A stretch of 64,000 bases of DNA from Tubulanus polymorphus (Eukaryota > Animalia > Nemertea): the NCBI RefSeq assembly GCF_964204645.1, contig NC_134029.1:6634001-6698000 (forward strand), given 5' to 3'. Below the pieces are notes generated by a model that was not told where the DNA came from, did not search any database, and worked only from the letters and a program-made list of their open reading frames with translations. The number at the start of each line of letters is the position of its first letter. The first letter of the stretch is position 1. Positions 26,701 to 38,500 of the stretch are shown piece after piece. The position numbers and the translations under genes were made by a program.

Positions 26701-27918
26701 GATGAACTGATCTTGTAAAATGGCGATATCCTTTCCATCGCTGTAATAAAATCATAGAATTACATTCAAAATGCATTCAATCCAGATCTGTTAAAGCCCT
26801 CCAAACATCAATGTATAAGCCTGCTTGTAGTCATTTTAAATATGGCGTCAACATACTTATAGGAGGAAGAGGGTTACCAAAAGGTTTATTTTGAATAAGA
26901 TAATGCCTATTTCACCAATATAATTACAGATTAAAATGAGGTTGATGTAATCCACATGTTTTTTTTGGGTGTCTACCAGAATTTTGAGCAATATCACGAA
27001 CAGCAATCTTGTCAAAGATGGATAGTTTTACGATTTAAACAAAATCACATCTTTTGGTCGAATTATTTTCCTGGAGGGTTGAACGAAAAATATACCACAA
27101 AGGAAATGGCGTTCATACTTTGAGACAGCTAGTTGCCATTGAAGTTGACTGTTTATTAATTTCACAAGGCTCTCGGGTAGCGCGCACGGGCTGTAACTTT
27201 CTAGAGGGTAGCCCACGGTGCGTAATACAGAACCAACAGCGACTGAAAAGAGAGAATAAAACAATGTTAGCAACCAGCAGTATCCATTGGAAACTGAACA
27301 CTGTCACAAGAAGTAACTTTTGTTATCTTACTTTAAAGTAAGATAAGGTAAGTTAACATTTGACAAAACCTACATTGTGTGGATGATAAGCCTCTTCCAT
27401 ACAACGACACTTGCTTATACTTCTCCTTTGAAGATTTGCTCTGAAAAAGCGTGCAAACAACAATTATTGGAAGAAGTTTAAGCTTATTCAACAAAACACA
27501 GTTTATTTAAAGAATTTAGGATTTGGCATTTTTTGTCATCACCGACATCACCAGTCAAAAATCCCAAATCAGCAAATCACGTAGGAAAAAAGTAAATCAC
27601 TAAGTATACCTTCAAAGTTAACAGGTTAAGGGTAGAATCGGGGCCAAAAGAAATTAACCTTAACCCGTCCCCTTGTCGGCGAAAGGTCTACACCCAGACC
27701 AATTTCTGAATCTGAGCGCAGTCAGTCATGTCAGTCGTCACCGTCAAAAATTGCAAACCCGTCAGAAATACAGCTCACTCACGCATGGAACAGATGACTC
27801 CCCTGATACTTACGACATTTTCTGTATCCTGAGGCCATTCATCAAACAGTAAAACGTCGTATAAGATGTTTTCTTCGGTGTTTTTTGAGCGGCTGCTGCC
27901 GCTTTCGCTAAGTTCCAT
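11007..27918 (-). CDS. NBAS: Neuroblastoma-amplified sequence (NBAS/Sec39, NRZ tethering complex subunit), multi-exon gene; coordinates span ATG to stop
   Basis: Exon 1 (27918-27814) reads MELSESGSSRSKNTEENILYDVLLFDEWPQDTENV|gtaagt. Later exons give YPQWRTMAWSPDNTMFACSDSSG, YGITAWR, EYGEALMLAKAYKLDCDLVYQRQW, FTESLLCSG, MAKDTTLALAYLLAL, YVYPTISGTD and the C-terminal AESGSLLLLQRGTHSSLRTFDAAL. All match NBAS as I recall it. Introns are GT-AG; polyA signal at 10954-10959. Confidence 0.97.
17604..17647 (+). ncRNA. Second hammerhead-like motif, in an NBAS intron and antisense to NBAS
   Basis: TTCT-CTGATGA-T-GAA...TTC-GAAA-CT-GTC-AGAA: intact core, stem I TTCT/AGAA and a GUC triplet; stems II and III are weak. 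Confidence 0.55.
17658..17810 (-). mobile_element. L2/CR1-clade LINE 3' end with (ATT)n tail
   Basis: The minus strand reads FRKQLKCFLFKEAF, then TGTAAAGCGCTTTGAG...GCGCTATATAAG, then about 16 ATT repeats at 17658-17705. Confidence 0.75.
20253..20675. mobile_element. hAT-like MITE with internal TTCAAGGA subrepeats
   Basis: CAAGGTTCCTACAA ... TTGTAGGGACCCT termini and many TTCAAGGA units. A related right end lies at about 3120-3269. Confidence 0.65.
23981..24209. mobile_element. piggyBac-like MITE (TTAA TSD)
   Basis: TTAA-CCTGTTCAGTG ... CATTGAACAGG-TTAA. Confidence 0.75.
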
Positions 27919-27939
27919 GTTGGCAATCAACCGTCAGAT

Positions 27940-27955
27940 GCTGCCATCTAGCGCC
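27940..27955 (-). promoter_or_regulatory. CTCF-like site in the NBAS/CCDC25 bidirectional promoter
   Basis: GGCGCTAGATGGCAGC resembles the CTCF core consensus and lies about 20 nt upstream of the NBAS ATG. Confidence 0.5.
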
Positions 27956-28528
27956 AATCGCTTTCAATTAAATGTAACTATATTCAGTTCAATTCAAGTT
28001 ATCTTTATTGTTTGTATGCGGGATATCGCCGCCGGTTGATTCGTACGCGGATCTGTCGTTCTAAGGATATTTATACATGTGGTTAGTATCACTTACTGTT
28101 TTAATGACCGGCCTAATGCTATGGTTGATTCGGTATCGCTGCGAGGTAGCCGTAAATAGGCGTAGTAAAGAGACAGGTTGTTTAATTACAAAATTCAAAT
28201 TTAACTTTATTGATCCTTTTTTCATTTGTAACAAATAGACACATATAAACGGTTTACGAAACATAGATCGATGATGAGATAGATGGGAAGACAATCTTTT
28301 TTACATGAAGTTGATAACTTCGTTAAGAACCAATAGAATTTTGGTTAGTCTAAAACTTCCAATTCAATGCCAACTCATGAATATAGGCAGAGGCATTAAC
28401 AAAAACCTTCTGATGAAATAACTAACTATTAAAATTTATTTTAATCGATGATGTTCTTCCATGTTCATTGCAGATTCAAGTCACTACACCAATCCGGTAA
28501 AGACACCACCAGAAGTCCATTTGTGAAG

Positions 28529-29155
28529 ATGGTTTTCTATTACACTTGTAAAGCTGAAGACATAGTTTACACAATATATATGGGAAGAGACAAAGTTGAA
28601 AACGAAGATTTGATCAAATGGGGATTCGAAGAGGATGTTTGGTTTCACGTCGACAAGCTCTCATCAGCTCATGTTTATTTGCGATTGCATCAGGATGAGA
28701 CATTGGATGACGTTCCTACTTCTGTGATAGCAGATTGTGCGCAATTAGTGAAGGCGAACAGTATTCAAGGGAATAAGCTGAATAACATTAGCGTCGTGTA
28801 TACAATGTGGAGGAATCTTAAGAAAACCAACGACATGGAAGTTGGTCAAGTTGGATTTTACAACCAAAAAGAGGTTCGAAAAACCCATGTGGAGAAACGT
28901 ATCAATGAAATCGTAAACCGCTTAAATAAAACTAAAGTCGAAAAGAATCCCGACCTGCAACAAGAAAAAGAAAGTAGGGAACGCGAAGAACGTGAAAAGA
29001 AAAAAAGAGAGGATAGAGAACTTAGAAAATTAGAAAAAGAAGAAGAGAAGCGTAAACAAGAAATAGCTGATATGAAGAGTTATAAGACATTACATGTGGA
29101 AGAAAATATGACATCTAACTATAATGATGGAAATGAATCAGATGATTTTATGTGA
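28529..29155 (+). CDS. CCDC25: Coiled-coil domain-containing protein 25 (NFACT-R domain)
   Basis: MVFYYT...[38 protein letters not shown]...[15 protein letters not shown]...ESDDFM. The true start is MVFY at 28529. An acceptor (TTGCAG) at 28473 indicates a 5'UTR intron. Confidence 0.97.
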   Translation: MVFYYTCKAEDIVYTIYMGRDKVENEDLIKWGFEEDVWFHVDKLSSAHVYLRLHQDETLDDVPTSVIADCAQLVKANSIQGNKLNNISVVYTMWRNLKKTNDMEVGQVGFYNQKEVRKTHVEKRINEIVNRLNKTKVEKNPDLQQEKESREREEREKKKREDRELRKLEKEEEKRKQEIADMKSYKTLHVEENMTSNYNDGNESDDFM

Positions 29156-30153
29156 GCTTCAATAGTAGAATATATCACATTTTCGTGACTTAAAGTCTTT
29201 GGGTAGTTAGTTATTTTTCATTGATTCCATTCCATTAAGGCAGTGGACTTAAACAAGATTAATGCTGTCCTTATTCATCATATACTGGATTATTTATGAA
29301 GTAAGGCTAAAGAAATGATGCCTTGTTTCTCTTAATCTGCCAGGTCATTTGGGAAATTGCCATAACATTTTTAATCCATTCGTTTCTATAACTGTTGGGT
29401 TTGTTACAGTAAGATTTTAAGAATGTTATGTACAGGGTAGATAGGCGTCCGGCTAGGTCACCTTTTAAGCTCGGCAAAAATGAGAAACGAGTATCAATTT
29501 CAATGTGTATTAGTAATGAAGCTAGGATAGTTCACCATAATGTGTCTTGTAAATTTTCTTGTCTACCGAAAAAGAACCTATACATGTATTACCAGTTGAA
29601 TGATTTAATACATCGGTAAAGTGTTAACTCTTCTATGTGCTGGACGGAATTATCATGCCGGGTGACTCTCGGATGTCTAATTTCCCAGCCAGAAAAATCC
29701 ATTGCACTGTAACGACGATGAAACTAAACTAACTGTAGTGAATTGATATATTTTATTTTGAAACTAAACCACATAAGTTCCTTGAGAATCGTTGCACTGG
29801 AGTTAATTTTAGGCTTGCATATGAATGAAGTGATTGTGATTAAACGGGTAAAGAATTGGAAACATGTTTTACGTATCGCATATTTCGTATTTTCACGATT
29901 CATCCGCATAGCCCTAGTCAAGGGCAGTTGCAGATTTTTGAAAAATGCCCTTGCAAACATCTTTATATCCTATAAAACTGCCCTTTTTCTCTGCCCCCCA
30001 AAATCTATATGCTCGGTGCGGCCCTGGAAGACTGTCTGTTATTTGGATTAAGCATATTACTATTACTATATAAGTTTTTAATCAAACGGTGCTGGATTCG
30101 GGGCATTAAAACGGATTACTGAAGTAAAGGTAATTAGAGTCCGAATGACAAAT

Positions 30154-31170
30154 TTACATTCGCGAGCCGATAAGACCACAAGACAAACACCAAACAAGTG
30201 TCCGGGCAAATCCCGAACGAATGCTCAAATAGACAAATAGATTCATCATCGAATTTACTGAACGTAAAAGCTGTCCCGAGTGGTAAGGTCGCCATAATTT
30301 CATACCAGTTAATTTCCTTAGAGCTGGTACTACAGTATTTGCCAAACCCGCTGTGTATTGAAACAAATAAAACACATTTAAAGTCATTATTGTTAGTGTA
30401 ATTTGTAGTTCTCCTTTTCTACTACTGGAAAAAGCAGTTTCATCTTTATGTTTGAATTTCCGTCGGTTCTGTCGGGCTTTTCCTACTAACCAGAACATGT
30501 GGGCATTGCAAATCAGAATGGCAATTCCAGGAATGAAATTCAAGATGACCTTCCCGAAAATGAAATCGTAGAATAAAGCATAATTGTTGTTATTCAACAG
30601 TACTCGTATCTGTTCGGTGGATATACAAGGGTGACTAGGTGCGGTGACGATATAAGCTTTGTCCCACGGAGTTGGCAAATCAAAAATAAATGTCAGAACC
30701 CAGATGACGATGGAGATACGTATGGAGTTTGATTCCGTGCACAATTTTTTCGCTGAGAATGGAAATCGGATTGCGGTGTATCGGTCAATATTCAACGCGA
30801 AAAGTATCCAGGAACTTGTCGTTGTAGTCATTTGAAATATGGCGTCAACATACTTATAGGCGTGCACGTGATACAATTGGTAAATGTGATCATATCTTAT
30901 GAATTTGAATGGGTCGACTTGACGAATGAGTAGTCCGAAATCTCTTCCAAAAACTCCTGTCAGACAGTTCACTGTATCGGCTATAGCTAACATACGCAAA
31001 TAAAATACGCTACTTCCCTGGAGTTTCATAACCCCGAGAACAAAGAAAGCCAAGACGTTTGCGACTATACCGATCAGATAAAGCAGGGCTCGAATCATGG
31101 CCATAATGGCTACGTAAGTATAGACACCGGTCAGCCGGAAACAAGCGAAGTCCGTTCGATTTTCAGACAT
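30154..31170 (-). CDS. Intronless class-A (rhodopsin-like) 7TM GPCR, FMRFamide-receptor-like/chemoreceptor-like orphan, paralog 1
   Basis: 338 aa, seven hydrophobic segments, GIVAN (TM1), YLRMLAIAD (TM2), DRY, basic ICL3, NSMMNLFVY (TM7) and an N-terminal NRT sequon. Confidence 0.92.
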   Translation of the reverse strand: MSENRTDFACFRLTGVYTYVAIMAMIRALLYLIGIVANVLAFFVLGVMKLQGSSVFYLRMLAIADTVNCLTGVFGRDFGLLIRQVDPFKFIRYDHIYQLYHVHAYKYVDAIFQMTTTTSSWILFALNIDRYTAIRFPFSAKKLCTESNSIRISIVIWVLTFIFDLPTPWDKAYIVTAPSHPCISTEQIRVLLNNNNYALFYDFIFGKVILNFIPGIAILICNAHMFWLVGKARQNRRKFKHKDETAFSSSRKGELQITLTIMTLNVFYLFQYTAGLANTVVPALRKLTGMKLWRPYHSGQLLRSVNSMMNLFVYLSIRSGFARTLVWCLSCGLIGSRM

Positions 31171-31974
31171 GATACGTTGTAGTTGTCGTCGGCAAAATCG
31201 AATCAGTTCGACAAATTACGCGTTACGTCACCAGATTCCATAAACGACCGATTGGCAAACAACAGTTCGCCGTTAGCCATTACCAATCATCTCTTTGCGT
31301 TGAACGCCTATAGAAGACGATTTGATTAGAAACAAATGGATGCATTGCATCAAATACCGATGTACATTTTATTTTGCAGCCGGATAATGGTTTGGGTGAA
31401 ATCAAACGCAATCACTGTTACGCTTCAATTCTGAAACCGGAATGTAGATGCGTGCCTTCGGCCATTTGAAATACTTGGATTCCGTGTACAGATACTGTTT
31501 GATATAGTTCAAATATAGTTAATTGCTCCCTATAAGATAGATAATATGAACACAATCGATATTACGGTATATTGCGATATGATTAGTGACAAGACAAGTG
31601 CTAGGGGTGCTGACTGTTGTGCAGCAGCGTAAATATTGCTATTTGGTAGAAATTAATCCCGATGGTAAGAAAAACGAGAATAAAATGATCATTGGATAAA
31701 ATCAACATTAGACTCCGAGAAACTAGTCCAAATTTGCGATTCAGTTATTACCCCACACCGACGAAAATATCACACAGTAAGGTGGGCCGCAAAAAGCAGT
31801 TTCTTCAAACTGAGGCGAGTACTGTATTCCGAGATACTTCGGATGCTGCTGCTAAGTAAGTCCAGGTCATAGTAGTTTTGCTACGCATATATGGCCAAGG
31901 CGTTATAAACTGCCTCTTAATGGTTTAGCCCGTATTTGAATAAAGCTCTAGAAACTGGTAAGGAATCGGTTTAT

Positions 31975-32610
31975 TCTTCAACCTGATTGTTTTATAATCC
32001 AATTTATTAACATCAAACTGACATAAGATACGAAAGAAAGACACCTGTCGCGCGGGAAAAAACCCATCATGGACAGGTTGAACATACAATTACATACATA
32101 TACATATGAACAGAGTAACACAAAACTAACGAATAAGGAATAACACTGGGGGAAATGAGAATGAGAACATGCTATCAGGGTAGTGGTAAACGGTCGCTAT
32201 TTTTGCAAATGAATTTGGATGAGAGAGTGATTATCTTAGTATTAGTGTTTAAGTCAAGCAAGGCTGGGTTGCCAAGAAGAAGAAAATTACATTTTTCAGT
32301 TCGGTTTAGGGAATTAAAAGTATGAATAATTTCGAGGGTAGCTAGTTCGTCCAAAAGGTTTATAATAGATTAAAAGTGAGTTGGCTGGTTACACTGGAGT
32401 AAGAAATGAATTGTTTCTTGTTTGTTTCTTGTAACAGTACATACGATTTCCATCTGGCACCAAGAAATTATGTGAGAAGAAATGATTTTTAAGTAAGAAG
32501 TCGACTCTTAGTCTATTGAGATTAATTTCCTCTTTCCTACTTAAACCTTTAATTTGCACAGAACTAAATATGTGGTCTTCATTGAACTTATACAAACCAT
32601 GCGTTTGAAG
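31975..32610 (-). mobile_element. Degenerate LINE 3' fragment between the GPCR paralogs
   Basis: LSRKEEINLNRLRVDF..NHFFSHNF resembles a non-LTR ORF2 C-terminal region. It is followed by a (TATG)n microsatellite and an A-rich tail. Confidence 0.6.
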
Positions 32611-33092
32611 GGGGTCAGTTCAGAAATATCGAAATGGGGACTGATATACGAGCAATAGATCTTATCCAGATGTTCGGATTTCAAAGTCCTACTCGGTGTT
32701 TCAGCGGGTTTATTAGTTTTTGTACCTTAGAGACTACAAAATCGATATGATGACTAAGGGATAGATTATGGTCTAGAACTATATACCTAAGTGCTTATGG
32801 CTGAGTTTCTGGGGTACAGCTAGGTTCCCAAGAAGGACCGGCGGATATTGCCTGACACCACGCTTGGTAAACCAGCTTAAAGGTACCGTATCACGTATAT
32901 GGTACATATACTTTCCATTTCACCGCCGGATCTGCATTATAGCCCTAGTCAAAGACTATGATGGTAACGACCGTCTGGTTTTCCGACTAATTAACAAAAC
33001 TCACGTTATGAGTTTTTGATCAAATGGGGCTGGATTCAGGGCAGTAGAACAGATAAAGTAAAGGTAATGAAATGAGTTTCCGAGGTGATAAT

Positions 33093-34106
33093 TTACATCT
33101 GTGAGCCGATAAAACCACAAGACAAACGCCAAACAAGTGTCCGGGCAAATCCCGAACGAATGCTCATATAAACAAATAGATTCATCATTGCATTTACTGC
33201 CTGTAAAAGCTGCCCCGATTGGTAAGGTCGCGTTTTCCAACCAACCAATTTACTTACAGCTGGTATCACCGTATTTGCTACACCCGTTGCGTATTGAAAG
33301 CAATAAAACACATTTAATGTCATTATTGTAAGTGTTATTTGCAGTTCTCCTTTTCTACTACTGGAATAAGCAGCTTCATCTTTCTGTTTGAATTGTCGTC
33401 GGTTCTGTCGGGCTTTTCCAACTAACCAGAACATATGAGCATTGCATATCAGAATAAGAATTCCAGGGATGAAATTCAAGATGACTCTACCGAAAATGAA
33501 ATCGTAGAATAAAGCATAATAGTAGTTAGCTAATAGTACACGCATCTTTCGGGTATGTGCACAAGGATGACCGGGCTTGTTGACGATATCCATTGTGTCC
33601 CACGGAGTTGGCGAATCAAAAATAAATGTCAGAATCCAGATGATAATAGAGATACGTCTGGAGTTAGATTCCGTGCATAGTTTTTTCGCTGAGAGTGGAA
33701 ATCTAATTGCGATGTATCGGTCAATATTCAACACGAAAAGTATCCAGGAGCTTGTGGCTGTAGTCATTTGATATACAGCGTCAACATAGTGATTTACGTG
33801 TAGACGATACATTTGGTGGATTCGATTATATCGTATGAATTTGATCGCGTTGACTTTACGAATAAGCATTTCGAAATCTCTGGCAAAAACTCCTGTCAAA
33901 CAGTTCACTGTATCAGCTATAGCTAACATACGCAAGTAATAGACGCTGCTTCCCTGGTGTTTCATAGCCCCGAGAACTGAGAAAGCGAGAATGTTTGCAA
34001 CTATACCAATTAAATACAACAGGACTCGTATAATGGCCATTATTGCCGGGTAAGTGTAGACATCGGTCAGACCGTAGCAGATAACGCCCGTTCGATTTCT
34101 AGGCAT
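33093..34106 (-). CDS. Intronless class-A 7TM GPCR, paralog 2 (tandem duplicate)
   Basis: 337 aa, colinear with and highly similar to the 30154-31170 protein. Flanking non-coding DNA is also duplicated. Confidence 0.92.
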   Translation of the reverse strand: MPRNRTGVICYGLTDVYTYPAIMAIIRVLLYLIGIVANILAFSVLGAMKHQGSSVYYLRMLAIADTVNCLTGVFARDFEMLIRKVNAIKFIRYNRIHQMYRLHVNHYVDAVYQMTTATSSWILFVLNIDRYIAIRFPLSAKKLCTESNSRRISIIIWILTFIFDSPTPWDTMDIVNKPGHPCAHTRKMRVLLANYYYALFYDFIFGRVILNFIPGILILICNAHMFWLVGKARQNRRQFKQKDEAAYSSSRKGELQITLTIMTLNVFYCFQYATGVANTVIPAVSKLVGWKTRPYQSGQLLQAVNAMMNLFVYMSIRSGFARTLVWRLSCGFIGSQM

Positions 34107-35538
34107 AGTTGGGTTGTTGTTGTCAACCCGAAATACACTAATAACACGTAGTATTACGCCAGATTCGCCGAGTCGACTGATTGGGAAACCAACAGTTCTT
34201 TGCCATTAAACAGTTTTTATCAATCATTTTTCGTTGAACGCCTATAGCAGATAAATTTGACTAGAACCAAATGGATGCATTTGCATCAATTTGCAGACAG
34301 ATAATGGATTTGTGTGAACTTCTGGAACGCAAATGTGGCGGTTTACGGGATGAGTAGAGTGCGGTAGTTAACTCGGCGACATGCCTCCTGTGCTCCGCAT
34401 TTACCGTTGATAAGAATTGTCCCTGCGGCAAGAAAAACGAGCAAAACAATAACCATTGGATGAAGTCAAAATTCAGGGATATACAGCCAAATTCATGGAT
34501 GGGCCGCGCCGGGATCCGCCAGTGACCTCCGGCCTCAATCATCAACTCCAACCAGGGTGGCTAACCAACCAAAACATTTCGTACGAAATCCGACGACATT
34601 TTTGTGCGGTTGATGCTTAAGAAGCTTTTGAAGATGCGATTGGCATATTACGTCCAAACCTGCCAATTGTTGAACAGCCCGTGTCCGAAAACCTGCTCAG
34701 GAAAGCGATAGTCAGCGCAGAGGGGTCTGCACAGAGAAGCGAGTGCTGTCACTATTCATCGGATACTGGATTTAAACATGACCAGTGGAAATCCGACAAC
34801 CTATCATTAGGTTTACCCTTGAAAACTCAGAAATTGGTCTGCTTCTCATTTATCGAAAGATTTTTGCCAATTTACAGTTTGAAAGGTAACCTGGATGGTT
34901 AAATAAGTGTTGTCAGCGCAAAGATGTTGGCGTTTTCAACATGTGGTGATCAGTAATCTGCCAATAACTGTTCTTTTCAAGCGTCAATTAGATTGAAAAC
35001 CGGCGATATGGTACCAATAATAGTCTGTCAAGTTTATGTTAAGTTTTGCCAATTCTTAATTTACGGTTTCTAAATAAGGAAAATGTTTATGTTGTTATTA
35101 GTAAGAGATTAGGTACCCGTACCAATACCCCTGTCCATTTGCATAGGACTGGATTTCTACTTTTAGTGTGCTCGAATCAAAAACAGACAAGACATAAAGC
35201 AAACAAAAAACAACATTCAACAAACCAACATTTAACATCTGTTTAAGAAAGCTTGGGTCCAAAATCAAAAAGTCTGAATCAAAGCGCCATAATATAAGAA
35301 TGAAGAATACTATTTTTTTCTAGGCATGTGGGAGGATACTGGGGTAGAGATGAACACCTTAGACCTAGACGCAATAATTTGGCTATATGTGACAAGCCCT
35401 TTAAAACTTTACTTGGATATCCATGTCTTCATCCATATTGATTATCTTTTGCAGGTTAGGGCCTAGCGATTGTACTGCTTGCTGGTCAAAGTTCTTAACT
35501 ATTCTGGATAGCAGGATTTCATTCGTAGATATACAATT

Positions 35539-38500
35539 ATGGTGTTGGACGATGAAAGGAAAACTGAGATACTGCAGAGTTTCGCGAACAGTTGCTCGAT
35601 GATAGTTATATCAGAACTATGTAGTCGAGCTTTTCTCACAACAGTTAGTCTATCCAGCCGACAATCAAAATTTGCGGTGTTTTTCGGCACTCTTCTTACT
35701 CAACTGGTGCTTTTCGTTGCAACAGGTAAACTCTAATCCTGTGAACAAATTATTTTTTCGCTGCTGTTTTCACTGTCTACTTATTGCAAAAGAAACACTC
35801 ATCTCAAAGGATGCTATGTCATGTATGTCAGTAAATGTTGATTTGAATTTTGTTCGAAGTACTTATTTGGTAGATATGTTGATGCAAAGATTCCCCAATT
35901 TTCAATCATACAATCTAAACTCGAGCTAAATTTCAATATTTCTGCAGAGACCATTTAATAATATCATTTGTTGGAATACCGGTATTGTTTCTTGATCGAA
36001 TGGAAGGATATGAACTGAAACAGTAATCTACTGCTAGCTGAAATGAGCTCATTTGTCGTATAATGTTCATCTGTTCTACTGTGTTAAAGTTTAAACTTTT
36101 TAAAAAATTTCATTATGTATTGAAGTCACAGTCGGTGTCTACCTGATGGCTCGGTTACAAGTTTTCTTAATTGTCTGTTTATCTACCGTCATCTACTTGA
36201 CATTAGCTGCAAGGACATTATATACAGGTACCGGTACATACTTAGAGTCTAATGTCTATTTCAACTTGACTTGAGAGCACATCAGGTGGCCTTGCTCAGT
36301 CAGTTTTGGTGGTAAATACATTATAGAAGTTATTAATTAGGACCAGAAAGGACTGGCAGTGGACCTTCAATATTGATTTTTTATCCATTCTTCAAATGTA
36401 TTGAAGGATTTCTTAAAAATCTGCACTGAAAGGGGTTCATGAGAGAAAAGAGACTTCATGATTTGAAAGTTTAACAATCTGTTTCCATGCCTACCAATTG
36501 AAGTTTGGTATGTTGGCATGGAAACATATTGTTAAACTTTCAAATCATGGAGTCAATTTTCCCTTTTTAACCCCTTTCAATGAAGACTTTTTTGGATATC
36601 CTTCAATACAGTTTAAAATGGATAAAAAGCAATGCTTTAAGTCAGCTGCCAGTCCTTTCTGGTCCTAATAAGACTGACTTCTATCAATCAGGTATGTACC
36701 ATCAAAACTGACTGAGCTAGGCCACTTGATATGCTCTCAAGTCAAGTTGAAATAGACATTAGTCCCATTTTGATCCTAATGATAAATTGAATGAATTAAT
36801 AAGACCAGTCGTTTTAGGTTAAAGCCAGGAATGAGGAACTGTGCAACCTGGTGAAGATTAAGTAAAATGAGATGGAAATTATTAAATTATAGGTAAACTT
36901 GTGTATTTGAAGTACAAGTTTTCACTACTTATAGCAGCTTCATTTACTGGATGAAGCTACTACTATACATTAGTAACGAATATTTGTCAATATAACTTGT
37001 ATTTCAAGTAAACAATTCAACCTATGAACTACTATCCATCTTGTTTTACTAGATTTAAGCCAGTATAAAGTCTTGATTCAAATTGGACCCAACTAGAGTT
37101 AACTGCGTGTCTATTTTTCAGTGAAAGGAATGGGAATGTATGCTAGTTCTCACAAATATGACATTGTTCATGCTCATCTGGACAAAAAAGAAAAAGAGGT
37201 AGGTTGTGGCTTTATGTTGCAATTAAGAGAAGTGACGGTGAAATTACGCGCACTCACCGGGGGATTGAACCAGGGTCTCGTATGTAGAGCAAGCATGCTA
37301 ACCAGTAGACGAATAGAACTACCGGTTGCCCACTGACTTGGCCAGTGTTTATACTGCTCGATGTATGCGTAACGCTAATTCGTTATCTATGTGGGGATCA
37401 GGGGCCGGTTGCGCAGTCACGGGTTAGACTTACCAGTCTAAGACCAACTTAGTTCTAACAACTTAAGACCAGTCTTAAGATTTAACACCAATTTTGGACT
37501 TAAGCCACGACTGTGCAACTGGCCCCGGGAGTGTTAAAGATTAGCAAGAAATGCAGAATTTTGTTCAAAGTACCAATTTTGTAATATATTTCAGTTGGAA
37601 AAACAATCTACGGATGTATTGCGTGATCAGAGACGGGGTAAGATCGGCAGACATGTCGCGCGTGTATTTTCAGCTACTGTATCAGCATTGTTTGTGGCCG
37701 AATGCTCGCAAAGGGTTCGATTCGTTATTTTAGCTCTGGCTCTGAGACAGGTAATTACCGGGTATTCCGCTATCCAATGCGTTAAAATCTGAGTTCATTA
37801 AGTCTAGATAATTCGAATTTTTAGCTTCATCTACACTTGGCCTTGCAGTTAACTTCAGGATTTGGATGTTATGTTTTTGTTGAAACTAACATTTTTAGAA
37901 TAAAATTGTGCTGATCTTTAATGTCAAATTTCAAGCTTAAAATGTACATAAGGAGATGTGGCCCTTATTGCCTACTTCATGAATGGCCCCTATCCAGAGA
38001 AAAACTTGAAAGTATATCTGAATACAAAAATTGTTCTTACAGCCTTTCTTATTGATTGTTTCATTTCAGAACCTCATGGGTTTATTTTTTGGCGGATGTT
38101 TATCCCATGTTCTATGCACTGGTATCGCTATCTACGCAGATAAAAGATCAATTCATACTTTATCGCTGAAATTCAGTAAGATAAGACTTCTTTATTATTG
38201 ACTTAAAATTCTCAGTTTTGTATTGTAACTTTTTAAGTAGATTCTCGATATATTGAAATGGCCAAATATGGAGTATCAGAATGAAATACTGAATCGATAC
38301 GTGTAATAAATCAGTGTAGATGACGTGTTCAAGTCCCACAAATAGAATTTTAAGTTCAAGAAACTTCAATTTCTAAATCCTAGGATTTTATTAGCTTTAG
38401 AGATACAGGAAATCAATGCGTATGTTGGACTGGAAATTTTTCTCCAATTTAGAAAATTTCTGACTTTGAGAAAGTCGGATTTTTCCAGCTTTGGAATAAT

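Noticed and set aside
28448-28528. N-terminal extension of the CCDC25 ORF in the track
   Set aside because: It runs through a splice acceptor at 28473, and homologs start at MVF (28529).
31692-31733. TTGG...GAAACTAGTCCAA hammerhead-like 3' half
   Set aside because: The CUGANGA core is absent.
34613-34902. ORF upstream of the TMEM165-like gene as a signal-peptide exon
   Set aside because: No in-frame ATG, and its donor phase does not join the 35539 frame. It is more likely a 5'UTR exon.
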